64,000 nt of DNA, taken from Podarcis gaigeae. Lineage: Eukaryota. Shown here piece by piece: positions 12,496-25,696 of the stretch. Under the pieces are notes generated by a model, which worked only from the letters and a program-made list of their open reading frames with translations, was not told the origin of the DNA and did not search any database. Numbering within the stretch: the stretch's first letter is position 1; every line of letters begins with the position of its first letter. The stretch is taken from assembly GCA_964106915.2 (NCBI GenBank), contig OZ066925.1. One strand, 5' to 3'. A program made the position numbers and the translations under genes.

Positions 12496-12754
12496 CCGTA
12501 TTTTTTGCTCTATAAGACTCACTTTTTCCCTCCTAAAAAGTAAGGGGAAATGTGTGTGCGTCTTATGGAGCGAATGCAGGCTGCGCAGCTATCCCAGAAG
12601 CCAGAACAGCAAGAGGGATTGCTGCTTTCGCTGCGCAGCGATCCCTCTTGCTGTTCTGGCTTCTGAGATTTAGAATTTTTTTTTTCTTGTTTCCCTCCTC
12701 CAAAAACTAGGTGCGTCTTGTGGTCTGGTGTGTCTTATAGAGCGAAAAATACGG
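12496..12754. mobile_element. TcMar-Tc2-type MITE
   Basis: TIR CCGTATTTTTTGCTCTATAAGAC / GTCTTATAGAGCGAAAAATACGG, TA TSD. Confidence 0.85.
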
Positions 12755-13426
12755 TAGTTCAGCATACTGTCTTTAGCTGAGTCCTGGGCACCTCTAAGAA
12801 GGAAGTGCCCATGAAGGGCACATGAAGGCAATGACTGTGCCATGTTCTTTGCACTCTGATTTGCTGAGGTATACTACCCCTGTACATGTAGGTTACATTG
12901 ACCTACCATGATTGATAGACATTAATAAATCTATCCTCCATGAATTTGTCCAACCCGGTTCAAAGCCTTATAAGGTAGCTTCATATTTGCTGGATGTGGA
13001 AAGACACCCAACACCCACATCCTCACAACTAGGTAAAAATTAACAAATATATATTATGCAACTTTTGATTACACACAACTTTTTTATGACCCAATCTAAT
13101 TTATATCTGCAATTATATGAGCCATAGAAATCATCTAAACCTGCCAGGTGTTTATGCGGCAAGATAATACTTGAAGAATTAAAACATGCCAAGAAAAGGA
13201 TAGCAAACAAAAAAAAAGTTAGCAAAAAAAAGTTTTCTTTGGGACTAGACAGCTCTAGTCCCTAAAACAGCTCTTTGGGTTGTGGCTTCCATGTTGCTGG
13301 AAGTCAACACGGATGCTACAATCCAAAGAGCTACTTCAGACACACATGCCATTTTGTTTTATTTATAAACTCCTTTAGGTGTGCTAAATGCCACATGGCA
13401 AGCAGCTTTGGTTATTGATGTGGTAT

Positions 13427-13772
13427 AGGTAAAGGTAAAGGGACCCCTGAGCGTTAGGTCCAGTTGCAGATGACTCTGTCTGGGGTTGCGGCGCTCATCT
13501 CGCTTTATTGGCCAAGGGAGCCAGCGTACAGCTTCCGGGTCATGTGGCCGGCATGACTAAGCTGCTTCTGGCGAACCAGAGCAGCGCATGGAAACGCCGT
13601 TTACCATCCCGCCAGAGTGGTACCTATTTATCTACTTGCACTTTGATGTGCTTTCGAACTGCTAGGTTGGCAGGAGCAGGGAGCTCACTCCGTTGCGGGG
13701 ATTCAAACTGCCAACCTTCTGATCGGCAAGCCCTAGGCTCTGTGGTTTAACCCACAGCGCCACCCGTGTCCC
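13427..13772 (-). mobile_element. Full-length Sauria SINE
   Basis: tRNA-like head, (ACCTTT)n tail, TSD tgaygtggtatag on both sides. Confidence 0.92.
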
Positions 13773-14112
13773 ACTGACGTGGTATAGAACTGTCTGCCAG
13801 ATTTCATTTGAAAAAAACAGATGGGTGGGTAGGCGGGTGGATGGATGGATGGAAGGAACAGAAAAGGAACTGGGGACACCATTCTATCACATTTTCCTAA
13901 AGCAGCAATCCTATTCTCACTTGTCTGGGAGTAAGTTGCACTGAACTCAGTACAGCTTACTTCTGAGTTATGTATAGGATAGCATTGTAAAGGCATTTCA
14001 GCAATATTGGGGCCACCTCTGAGCACATACAGCTGTGCTCCTGATTAATGGCAATAACCTGACGGTATTCTATCAGATGACAGACATTAGGCAGCTACTA
14101 CTATTACTACTA

Positions 14113-14348
14113 GTAAAGGTAAAGGTACCCCTGCCCATACTTGACAGACTCTAGGGTTGTGCGCTCATCTCACTCTATAGGCCGGGAGCCAGCGCTGTCC
14201 GCAGACACTTCCGGGTCACATGGCCAGTGTGACAAGCTGCATCTGGCGAGCCAGCGCAGCACACGGAATGCCGTTTACCTTCCCGCTGGTAAGCGGTCCC
14301 TATTTATCTACTTGCACCCGGGGGTGCTTTCGAACTGCTAGGTTGGCA
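14113..14348 (-). mobile_element. Sauria SINE, 5'-truncated
   Basis: SINE body and tail; flanked by the direct repeat actattactacta. Confidence 0.85.
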
Positions 14349-15316
14349 ACTATTACTACTACTACTACTAATTTATTGTTTATACCCCACCCAGCTGGGT
14401 TTCCCCAGGCACTCTGACTTATGTCAGGCTGCACTGTATGCCTTTTTGGGTGCCTGCTAAAACTACTTTTGTTTAGGCAAGCCAATCCAGACCTGTAGCA
14501 TGTTGACATGTGTTTTAATCTGGTTTTAATTTAATTTCTTTTTAATGTTTTAAATAGTTGTGTTTTACTGATAACTTCATTATTATTTTCTTTTTGTAAA
14601 CTGCTTTGAGGTTTGTTTTTATGATCAGGCAGTATATAAAGTTTGTAAAATAAAACAAAGAAATTAGCAAAACAGGTTATTCTTGACTCAAGCAGGAAGC
14701 CGTTGTGGCTACATCGGCCAACCTGCACACGCTTTCTTCTATTAGGAAGGGCCACTAAATGTTTGACAGCAACATATGCTTTTTTGTGGGGGAGGTCTGC
14801 TAATAATTTGTGGACTGAAAACACACATTTATGAGAAATGAGAAATGTGCACATTAGAACCCTGGAAATATGAACAAGTTCAGCTACCACCACATTTTTT
14901 TAATGGCAGCACTTACTTTTTTATAGGCTTGTCATTCCCCAAAGTTTTCTCAGCTACTTTAATACATTTTACATATTTGCTAGCCAAGGGAAACAGAAAC
15001 AGAAATTCATATCTACAGCTTACTTTGTGCAAGGGAAAAATAAAGTTTATAAAACAACCACTTCATTAGAAAGCTTTATCTGTAGGCACAGCACTTTCCA
15101 GAACCATTTCCACCCCACCCCACCCCCGGAAGGTTAACTTGTACTGTAGGTGCAATCTTCTATAACATCACTAGTTTGTTGTTTGTCAAAAAATATGTGT
15201 AGTGATTGGATCGATGTTCTTCTCTCTGTTGAACTCCCCCACCCTCACATCAATAACGACAAAGAAAAACCTGGATGTTTATTGATGTTTCCCAAAGAAC
15301 CACAGGAAGCCAATTA

Positions 15317-15542
15317 CAGTGGTATCTCAGGTTAAGTACTTAATTCGTTCCGGAGGTCCGTACTTAACCTGAAACTGTTCTTAACCTGTAGCACCACTTT
15401 AGCTAATGGGGCCTCCTGCTGCTGCCACACTGCCGGAGCACGATTTCTGTTCTCATCCTGAAGCAAAGTTCTTAACCTGAAGCACTATTTCTGGGTTAGC
15501 GGAGTGTGTAACCTGAAGCTTATGTAACTAGAGGTACCACTG
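15317..15542. mobile_element. pogo/Tigger-type MITE (same family as 61543-61784)
   Basis: TA-CAGTGGTATCTC...GAGGTACCACTG-TA. Confidence 0.85.
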
Positions 15543-16717
15543 TATACTGAGTCGGACAACCATTATCTCAGCACTGACTGGCAGCAGCTCTCCATGGTTT
15601 TAGACACAGGTCTTATGCAGTCCCACCTGGAGATGCCTAGAACTGAGCATGTGCTGTGCCATTGAGCTATTAAAAAAAATTAGAGTCCTGCCTGGTGGCT
15701 TTGTCTGTAAGGCAATTTTCAGATTAGACAGACAGTCAGGAACTTTGTCTTCGCGTGGGAATGTGCTTGCTACCTGCAAGATGGCTGGCCATTGTTTTGA
15801 ATTGCTCCCTGTGGCTGCTGCTTCAATGTGGCAACAAGGTGCTTTTAAGCGGTGATTTGACCCAGAAATAGAGGGGTTTTCTTGTGCCAAGGCAAACCTC
15901 CAAAACAAGAGATTTTTCAGCAGCACAGAGCAAATCCTCATATTCCTGTGGTGAGCTGCTAATCCCAAACAAGGTTCCTACATGTAGGCAGTTCTCCTTG
16001 CCTTTTATTAGGGGCTAAGAACTTGGAGGAGGAGTAACCATGTCAGAATAAATGTTCATCAACAGGTTCCAAGCTCTTGCTGTGCAGGTTCATTTCCTTG
16101 TGCACATTCACTGGGGTTATTACTGGATGCATGGCATATTGTCATTAGATGTATCACATGCTATGACCAACAGGTGTGATGTCATGTATCCCTCATTACT
16201 TGTGTTATCAAGGCTGTGGACAATTGTTAAGGAGGAAATGTGCCTGGTAGGTTTGTGTGTGTTAGGCAGGGCTTAGTTACTCTCCATACAACCAAATGCT
16301 GTTTGTTTCTTGCATTGGGAAGCCTGCTTCTGCTTATTTTTTTTATATTGTGAGGTTAAGAAGCTCTTTGAAAACCACATGCAGAGGACTTGCAGGTTAT
16401 TTTCTAAATCATAGGCTACATTTGTTGGCTAATGGGTCTCTCGTGGGTTGAAATCCATCTTGGCAGATTTAAAAAAGGAAATAGGGGAAGCAATTAGCCT
16501 GAGCTGCTCTTTGAGAAGGATCCTGGTGGGTTTTTTTTTAATGCATTGGTTATTTTTGTTGTGTTTTAAAAAATAAGTATTTTAACTTGTTAGCTACCTT
16601 GGGAGGATTTGTTTCCTGGAAAGCAGAATGATGGGTGATGATATCATCATCACCATTGAGGTTGAGTGGACACATTTGTTCATTTTAAGATTTAGACATC
16701 ACTAGACTCTAGGTCTA

Positions 16718-17029
16718 GTGAAGATCAAACCTCTCCATTCTTAAGGAAATCAGCCCTGAGTGCTCACTAGAAGGACAGATCTTGAAGCTGAGGCTCCAAT
16801 ACTTTGGCCACCTCATGAGAAGAGAAGACTCTCTGGAAAAGGCCCTGATGTTGGGAAAGATGGAGGGCACAAGGAGAAGGGGACGACAGAGGACGAGATG
16901 GTTGGACAGTGTTCTCGAAGCTACAAACATAAGTCTGACCAAACTGCGGGAGTCAGTGGAAGACAGGAGTGCCTGGCGTGCTCTGTTCCATGGGGTCACG
17001 AAGAGTCGGACACGACTAAACGACAACAA
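16718..17029 (+). mobile_element. RTE-BovB LINE 3' fragment
   Basis: Near-identical to 6086-6407; flanked by the direct repeat agactctag. Confidence 0.92.
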
Positions 17030-17311
17030 AGACTCTAGATCTTCTTTGACATATACCTTCTTGTCAATTTCATACTAGTTCCTCAATCTACCAATCACAT
17101 TCCTGAGTTTCTGGGCAATGTTGCATTCTCCCTATATGTAAAAACGCTAGCCTAGCACACAGCACACCCTTCTGCAATTTATCTGAGCAATCTGTAATCT
17201 AAACAGAGGAGGCAACCAGGTTTCGCTTTACGTTTAACAAGTTTTATATACTGCTTTATTGGGGGGGGGGGGAACTCTCTTAAGTGGCTTACATAAAAAG
17301 TATAAAATTGA

Positions 17312-17339
17312 CTATTATTATTATTATTATTATTATTAT
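17312..17339. repeat. (TAT)n microsatellite
   Basis: Directly visible. Confidence 0.9.
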
Positions 17340-18540
17340 GGCTTCTAGTGCTCAAGGCTATTTGCCCCAATGACTCTGCTCCCAGATATGTTGGAGTTTG
17401 CTATGGTTATGCAAAAAAGAAAAAGCACTTGGCACAAGCTCAGATGATTAAACAGCACAATCCAAGAAAAAGCCCTGAAATTAAAAAACAACAAAGAAAC
17501 ACCAGTTTCTGTAGCTGAGTTGTGGCTCCAATTAAACTGCGCTCTAGCTATCCCCAGGAATATGCTTATTAATGCCCAGATTTGGAAGTCAGATGGAATT
17601 GGGCTAGGATTTCACACTGTACTGTGACAAGGAAAAAACCTTTGAAAATGTTATCATGGATACCAGAGCAAGAAAATTATTTCTCTCTTTCTACGTAAAG
17701 TCTGCAAGGTAGAAACCATTAGCATTGCCAAAATGACAAAAATCTTCATGGTTTTCTTTTCTGGCTAATTAATGTATGTCTGACTGTTAAGTACCTTCTT
17801 ACTGCTTGGCTAGCATTGTTTGCGTTAGGGCTATTTTGCTTAAAAATGGATGTCAGTGAACTCAATTCACTGAGAAAGAAATATTATGGCACTAAATCTA
17901 TATAGTGTATAACATCAGCCTTTGAACTGAGGAGGTAATAAATACCTCATTCGCTTGCTTTGTTCCCTTATATCATGTGCTCTTGTAAATGAAAAATAAA
18001 ACATTTATGAAACCTTGTAGCTGTAAAATATTAAACAACTTGTGTCCAATGTACGTAAGTGTGATCACACTGAGATCTCTAGGAATAAACTGGAGCTTAC
18101 CATCTGCATGACATATTTGGTGAATAAGGACAAGGAGAGAGGCTTTTTAAAATTCTATTCTAAAATAAGTGGATTTAGGGCAGCACAACCAGAATCTAGG
18201 GGGCACTACAGAGCATAGCAACTATTGAGCAGAATGGAAGGCAAGAAGCAGAGGATAAATTTTGGCCTCGCACAGGACACTGCTGAAATTTGAAAGACCG
18301 AAGTCCTCCCTTGCTAAAATTGTAGAATATATTTTCAAAGATCTGCCATAGTGGAGGCTAGTGCACAAGGGTAAATGGGGCACTGCCCCACTAACCTGAG
18401 TCCACCCTCAGCCCAGCTCTCGCCTGTCTGCCCTCTACCTTACAACCAGTCCAGAAGATAGCACTATCTTGTTCTCTTCCCTAGTCCATAGTCTCAGGAA
18501 TCATTCATGCTGTTATTTAATGTGGGTAACAAGGGAAATT

Positions 18541-18710
18541 ACAAGGAGAAGGGGACGACAGAGGACGAGATGGTTGGACAGTGTTCTCAAAGCTACCAGC
18601 ATGAGTTTGACCAAACTGCGGGAGGCAGTGGAAGACAGGAGTGCCTGGCGTGCTCTGGTCCATGGGGTCACGAAGAGTCGGACACGACTAAACAACTAAA
18701 CAACAACAAC
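18541..18710 (+). mobile_element. RTE-BovB 3' fragment
   Basis: TRRRGRQRTRWLD...VTKSRTRLNN, (CAA)n tail, TSD aagggaaatt. Confidence 0.9.
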
Positions 18711-18721
18711 AAGGGAAATTA

Positions 18722-19038
18722 GGGACGTGGGTGGTGCTGTGGGTTAAACCACAGAGCCTAGGACTTGCCGATCAGTAGGTCGGCGGTTCGAATCCCCACG
18801 ATGGGGTGAGCTGCCGTTGTTTGGTCCCTGCTCCTGCCTACCTAGCAGTTTGAAAGCACGAAGTGCAAGTAGGTAAATGGTGTTTCCGTGCACTGCTCTG
18901 GTTCGCCAGAAGCGGCTTAGTCATGCTGGCCACATGACCTGGAAGCTGTACGCCGGCTCCCTCAGCCAATAAAGCAAGATGAGCGCTGCAACCCCAGAGT
19001 CGGTCACGACTGGACCTAATGGTCAGGGGTCCCTTTAC
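18722..19038 (+). mobile_element. Sauria SINE
   Basis: GGGACGTGGGTGGTGCTGTGGGTTAAACC head, B-box GGTTCGAATCC, ends CAGGGGTCCCTTTAC. Confidence 0.92.
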
Positions 19039-19593
19039 AAGGGAAACTGAGTATTTCCTCCTTTGTTGTTATTGTTTTTGCTGCTGCTGCTGTTTTACTA
19101 CACTTTAGCTGAATAGTGTAGAAAGAAAGAACCCTACTGTTAGGTTTATAAGCTAAGGAAATACATAACACAAAGGGGAAAGGGGTTGGGAAGGAAGGGG
19201 GGGGGAGCAAACTTGCGCACTAGTTATTAGTTACAAAGTAGATCAGGTAGTACCGTAATTGAGCTGGTAGGGTGATGGAGCTAAGCACAATGGAAAAGCT
19301 ACTGCTTCCTGTCCCTCTGAGGGCCTGAGTGGGGGCTGATGGTAGCTGGAAGGAGCAAGATTCTCAGCTCAGATACATGGACTATATCAGTATCTGCTGC
19401 TCATACGACTCATCACATGAGTAAAAGCAATTTCCCTCTTCAGATATGACATGGCAGCATGAAAAAACAGATGTTCAAGGTGATCATGCATCCTATTTTC
19501 CCCTACTTTACCATAATAATTGAAGCCACTCTCTCCTTTTAAGATTGAGCTTATTTTTTTGAAGACACTTATTTGACTCATTGCTGTTGGATC

Positions 19594-19743
19594 CAGTGGC
19601 GTAGCGTGGGTTGTCAGCACCCGGGGCAAGGCAAGTAATTTGTGCCCCCTAACCCGTGGATTTGCGCCCCCTAACCCTAACCCCCAGATGTTGCGGCCGG
19701 TGCAGCCGGGCCCCCCCCCTGCACCCCCCATGCTACGCCACTG
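19594..19743. mobile_element. hAT-type MITE
   Basis: TIR CAGTGGCGTAGC / GCTACGCCACTG; perfect 8-bp TSD GTTGGATC. Confidence 0.85.
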
Positions 19744-20759
19744 GTTGGATCAGTTTAAATTTGAGAACTTCAGTTAAATTGGGTATGTGAATTATGGGGC
19801 CATTATGAATCATTTTGATACTGCAAGAGACTACAGCCCCAACCTTTCTCCCTTCTTAACACCAAAAACAGGACATCCTAAACAACACAGGATGTCTGGC
19901 GATTCTTTGTACAGCTACCAAAAAACGTATTTCCTACCACTGAGGAATCTTGTGATATTTCAAGCTTTGAACTCATAGCTGAAGAAACAGGCCATTCTTA
20001 TCTGGGAGCACTTTAAACACCAGTTTCCCTATGTAACCTGCTGGGACTTAGGAAGTCTTGTGTATATATTCAAATGTATCATGTAGAAAGTCTGCTGATA
20101 AGGTCTGCCCTGGAAAATAATAGCAGTTATCAGAAGGAACAGCAGAGAATAAAAGAAATTTGTTGTTGGTTAAAACTTAAACAAATCATATTAAGGTGGA
20201 AAATCAGTTTGCCGAACATAAAAAGTCCCATGTAAAAAGAAAGGGGGGTGGTGGTTAAAACCATTTCTTTGGGTTGCAACATGTCTCTTCGTGACATAAC
20301 CGTGAGTGAAATGCCCTTTGTTCAATGACATCACTTGCAAAATTAATCTATAACATCCGTTTCTCATTCAGTTCAGTGGAAATCCCCTTAATTTAGAACA
20401 AAATGTTATAGTCTGAATTGTTATGACTCATCATGGGATCAGAAATATCTCTGTTCAGCTCTGTCTATATCTTCATCGGTGGGATTTACCTTCTGCAGGA
20501 CTGGGAGGTTGTTGGTTTGTGCTTTGTCAACCACATCCTTTTGAAATTAGAGGTTTGGGTTGCCAAAGTTATAAATGATAGTTTCACAGGAGCAGCTCTG
20601 AAACCCCACCTCTCTGCTCCTTCCCCTCCCACCCAATTGCTCCTTCCCTCTTACTTGCAGGAGTAAGCAGAAGCAAGCAGGATTCCATTTGCCTCCGGAG
20701 CCAATAGGTGAAAGCCCCAAATGCAGCAATTTTTGCTACTACGAAACTTTTGAAGCAAA

Positions 20760-21850
20760 ACTTCCTCTGAAGGAGCAGCTTCGCAGTTTCGGGGTCCTCC
20801 TGGATCCTTTGCTGTCGCCCAAGGCTCAGATGGCCTCAGTTGTCCGGAGTGCCTTCCATCAGCTTCGGCTGGTGGCCCAGCTATGCCCCTATCTGAACAG
20901 GGATAGCTTAACTACTGTTGTCTACGCTCTGGTAACCTCAAGGTGGTTATATGTAGGGCTGCCTCTGAAGACTGTTCGGAAACTTCAGCTAGCACAGAAT
21001 TCAGCAGCCAGGTTGCTCACCGGAGCAAGAGGGTTTGAGCATATTACACTGACCCTGGTCCGACTGCACTGACTACCAATTCAAAGTGCTGGATTTGACC
21101 CATAAAGCCTTAAACGGCTCAGGACTGCAATACCTCAAGGACTACCTCTTTCCATATGAATCTACCCAGACCCTGAGATTATCTTTTGAGGCCCTGCTTT
21201 GTGTGCCTCCTCCTTGAGAGGTCCGGAGGGTGGCAGCACTCACAGGCCTTCTCTGCAGTGGCACCTGTGGGATAAATGGGTAAGAAAAGCTTAGCATAAA
21301 TAACCATACCTTGCTGTTGTAACTGCTTACATTGCGAAGGAACAGGAAACTCGTGGTAATAAGTCAAGTTAAGAAATCACTGAGAGTAGCCAAAAGATAA
21401 TGCCTTATAAGGTACTAGGAAGGTGTGTGGGTGGTTCAGAACCACAAGGGGAAAAGGAAGAGAACAGTTAAAAAACTCTTGTGCATGCTTAAATAGGCTA
21501 TGAATATTAGTGAAACCGCCCCTGGTGGAGCTAGAGCTAATCAGCATGATCATGGGATGTACTGTATTTAACGGAGGGGGTACATATCAAAGGGAAAATA
21601 TGGCACCTTCATTATACAACTTTAGGTGCCAGGCAAAAACCTTCCTTTTTAACCAGGCCTTTGGTTGATTTGACTGACATCCTATGCCCTTTTAAATGTG
21701 GGGAGTTTTGTGGGGGGGGGGGAGTTATTGGATTGTTATTTTTAATTTGATTGTGTATTTTGTGGTGTTATATTTTGATTTTCTTCAGTGAACCGCTCTG
21801 AGACCTCCGGCTATAGGGCAGTATATAAATTCAATAAACAACAACAACAA
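20760..21850 (+). mobile_element. L2-type LINE 3' fragment, interrupted at about 21267-21600
   Basis: Decayed ORF ...LGVLLDPLLS-like, YVGLPLKTVRKLQLAQNSAARLLTG...EHITLTLVRLH; 3' end gggcagtatataaat...(CAA)n. Confidence 0.75.
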
Positions 21851-23994
21851 GGCACACTCTGGCTGCATACACACAATACCTTTAAAGCACATTCAAAGGA
21901 CAAATTCCCCCACCCTCAAAGAATTCTGGGCACTGTAGTTTGTTAAGAGTTGTAACTCTGTAAGGGGCAAATCACAGTGCCTAGATTTCTTAGAGAAGGA
22001 AAATGTGCTTCAAATGTACACTGTATATGCAGTTTCTATCATAAGTGAAGAACTCTGGTGCTGCAAAGTTGTAACTTTTGCCTAAAAACTGGGTGCTTAT
22101 TTCAAAATAAATTGTGTGTGTCTCCCTATTGAAAATGTGTTTTGTGTTTTGTCATAGCATTTCAATGTTGTTTTGTTTATCAAAGAGGCCAGTAATTTAA
22201 AGAAAAGAAAAGATAAGGTTATCTCTAACGATAGCTATTATACAGCCTCATTGCATAGCACCAGCTTCTCAAACAAATGTATGAGAGCATCCACAATAAT
22301 TATATCCCATAGTGAACTCTGTTGACTCGCCTGGAGAGACCTGGATTGGTTCCACATAATACGACTTGCAAAAAATATTATCACCACCAGAGGAAGCTCT
22401 TGCACAAACATGGTGGATCGCTTCAGTTCACCATTGCAAAGCCCTCAAGCTGAACTATAATAGTAAGTGAACACCCCCACAATCAGTGGGAAATCTGTCT
22501 GGATCTTGCCATGTGGAACGAAGGTAGGCAGCAAATGGATCTGCCGGCCAGGCTTACTCTTGTCTATGACTGATGCCAGACAACTCAAAGGAAAGGGAAA
22601 AAATAAGATCTTGTAAAGTGTGGGTTTTGAGAAGTCAATGGGGAAGAAAAAATGTCTTCAGGGGAAAAAAATAGAACGGACGTCCTCCATCACTGTCATC
22701 TAACAATAACTGGCAGGCACACCAAACATGTAATCACTCTTAATGACTAGGGGAGGATGATAGATCATGTCACTCCCCACAAAAAAGTGCATGTGGCAGT
22801 GGGGAGCACCCAGATCTCTCCACTTGGTGCTATGTGAGTTGTGGTGCTGTGAGAAAGATACTTAAATAAATAAATCCAGGATGCACTTTAGGGAAACCTT
22901 CAACCTTTTTAATTGCAGGATGGTGAAACTTCCTCTGTGCTATCAGCCTCTGGCTTTTGGTCATTCTGGTTTTGATTATATTACCCATTCTGGGTATACA
23001 GCAGCGGGTGGGGAATGTCATGTCTGAGGACCTCTCCATCCTGCCCTTGGGACTGTCAAGCCTCTTTCCCAGGCTACACGCCTCACTAGTCCTGCTCTAC
23101 ACCCTCCAGTAGCTGAATTGTGTTTCTGAGCTGTGATGATGCCTCTTACTGGATGGAGAGATGTGGGTGAGTGCAGAAATCTCAGGTTTTTGTGTGGCTA
23201 GAATATAGCCTGCTGTACAAAGGGAAGAGTCATAGCTGTTGTTCCACTGGGATTGGGGTTTTGTTTTGCCTCTTTTCTGTCCCAGGGCCAAAGTTGGTCC
23301 ATGAGATAATTTCCCCACAAAGACGCCATTTCCCCCCAGTAAGGAGATATGGTAATCAGGAAAGTTATCTTTGGGTACCTGAAAGCTGCTCCTGTTGAAT
23401 TTGTGTCTTTTAAGCACCTAATACACCAAGCTAAAAATCACATGGAAGCATCTTACCCTAAACACAGTAGAATTTACTAGCATGGAATCTGTTTTAGGAA
23501 TAACAAAGTTACAGTGTTGACAACACACCCCCACACACCCAGTTAGCATGTTTATAAGCAGAGACCAAGAATACAGACTGGTTGCAGGTGTGAGCCCACC
23601 CTAATCCCGGAAATGTGGACCTCCTCAGTATCTTTTGCATATTCTGATTTGTTCAGTAAAGTCATGCTCTTTGCTGACTTCACAACTTTTTGCAGATTTC
23701 ACAAAATTTGCTGACTTTTGCAACTTTAATAAAAACCTTACCTTTTGGAAGCAGATAATCGCTGATGCTTTGAACCAAATGATCTGTCTCAATAGTGATG
23801 GGGCTAAAGCTTGTGGGCATACTGTTTTTAACTGGATAGCAGTGTTTATTTAACATGACATACAATGGGATAAAGAAAAAACCAAGGTGCACCTAGGCAA
23901 ACATAACTGCTTGGCTAAATGAGGCCACCTTGTGGCAATGTATTGGTATGGCTGAGGAAGAAACTTTTTTTCTTTCATTACAAGTCAGCTGAGA

Positions 23995-25560
23995 CTGAAT
24001 ACCCAGGAATACTTACCAGGGAGTAAGTCCTTACTGAACTCAGATGAATTTAAGATTGCACAGTGAGTCAGGAACATGAAGACAAAGGGGCTTGGGTCCC
24101 AAAATAGCTAGAAACAGACGTTTATTTTTAAAAATGATAAAATTCATTTTTAAAGCCTATTATGCCTTTCTCTCTAATTCTTTTGGTGCTCCCTTTAAAT
24201 CAGAACAATTCTGCATTTCAGAAATGCAAAATAATGCAAAATAATGAAATGCAAAATAATGTTTTAAATCGAGCCCCAGTTTCTACTATAATCATTCCTA
24301 AACAAAAGCACACTGTAAATAGATGTAGGCATTAAAATATGTCTCCCCCCATTATTTATTCTTTCAACTTCATATTATTTCTTAAATTGTTGAGGCCACA
24401 ATCAAATATAATTTCAGTGCATAACTCCATATTGGATATAATAGTTTAGAAAATGCTGAATAGATTGTTTATACAGTGGAATTATGAGTTTGTGCTGTAG
24501 GATAGTAAGCAGAAATCAGTTACTGTACCAGTTTCAAAATGTAGATTTCAGCTTGTCTACATTCACATGCAGTGATACTGGTTAGCACCATTTGCTGACT
24601 GACTAAGCATGCAATACTAACCCACTTACTGGGTAGTAAGTCCTTTGTAATTCATTGGGAATCACTTCTGAGTAGACATGGTTAGAATTGCAATCTGCAA
24701 TACTGTGAGCACTTACTTTAGAATAATAAACTCAGTGGGATTTTTTAATATACATGGATAGGCAGAAACTATAAATGCCTATCTCGTTCAGGAGGCAGTA
24801 AGTTTACTGAGCAAAACAGTGTTTTCCATTAGATTGAATGAAAATGTTTGTGTTATTTCATTTGCAGGTGGAGTACAAAATTTGCATAATTGCAATGTGT
24901 ACGTATGTCAAAAGGGATAAAACAGAAATAATGTATTGCCCAGGTGGTCTCAGTAAATTATGAAAGGCAATTTACTCCTGCAGTGGTAATACACCTTTAT
25001 TTGGGAATAAGTTGAGTTAACAGGCTTATTTCTGAATAAACAGGCTCAAACTGTAAACTTCAAGTGTGAAAATGGCCTAAGGACTCATAATTAATGAAGC
25101 ACAGCAACACTATTTTCACATGTCCCTGAAAGAGCTTCAATACATGAAGCTTAAATCACTAAGGCTCAGTCCTATACAGTAGTACCTCGGTTTATGAACA
25201 GTCCTGTTTACGAACTATTCAGTTTACGAAATCTGCAGAACAGGAAGCAGTGCTCCAGTTTGTGAACTTTACCTCAGTCTACGAATGGTGGAAGGGCACT
25301 GGTGGCGGGAGGCCTTATTAGGGAAAGTGTTCCTCGGTTTAAAAACGGATTTGGTTTAAGAACGCACTTCAGGAACAGATTAAGTTCGTAAACCGAGGTA
25401 CCACTGTATTCACTTAGCCAGGGTAAGTCCTATTGAGCTCAGTAGAATTTTTTTCTGAGTAGACATTTATGGGCTTGCACTGCACAGCAACATCCTAAAC
25501 TCATTTACTTGACTCAAGGAACTCAGTAGGACTGACTTTTGAGTGAAGATGACTAAGATT
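23995..25560. repeat. Cluster of short (about 80-bp) palindromic squamate MITE-like repeats
   Basis: Degenerate copies of gcaatcct...acttac-gggagtaagtcc-actgaactca...ttctgagtagacat...gattgc at about 23995, 24610, 24705, 24990, 25163-25481 and 25484; related copies at 12250 and 13901. Confidence 0.6.
25177..25406. mobile_element. pogo/Tigger-type MITE nested in an older palindromic repeat
   Basis: TA-CAGTAGTACCTCGGTTTA...TAAACCGAGGTACCACTG-TA. Confidence 0.85.
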
Positions 25561-25696
25561 AGACTTCACCCTTCTTGTATTCTATATCTCTTTGCAGAGA
25601 ACTTCTCTTCAGAATCTCTCCTCCATTAGATAGAAATGAGCAAAACAACATGCTTAAGCTACTAATGGGACACAAAACTGTGGAACTAAAGATGCC

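Noticed and set aside
9430-24000. PXR/CAR DR4 enhancer equivalent to the human ABCB1 distal element
   Set aside because: Only isolated AGTTCA/AGGTCA half-sites seen; no convincing spaced repeat.
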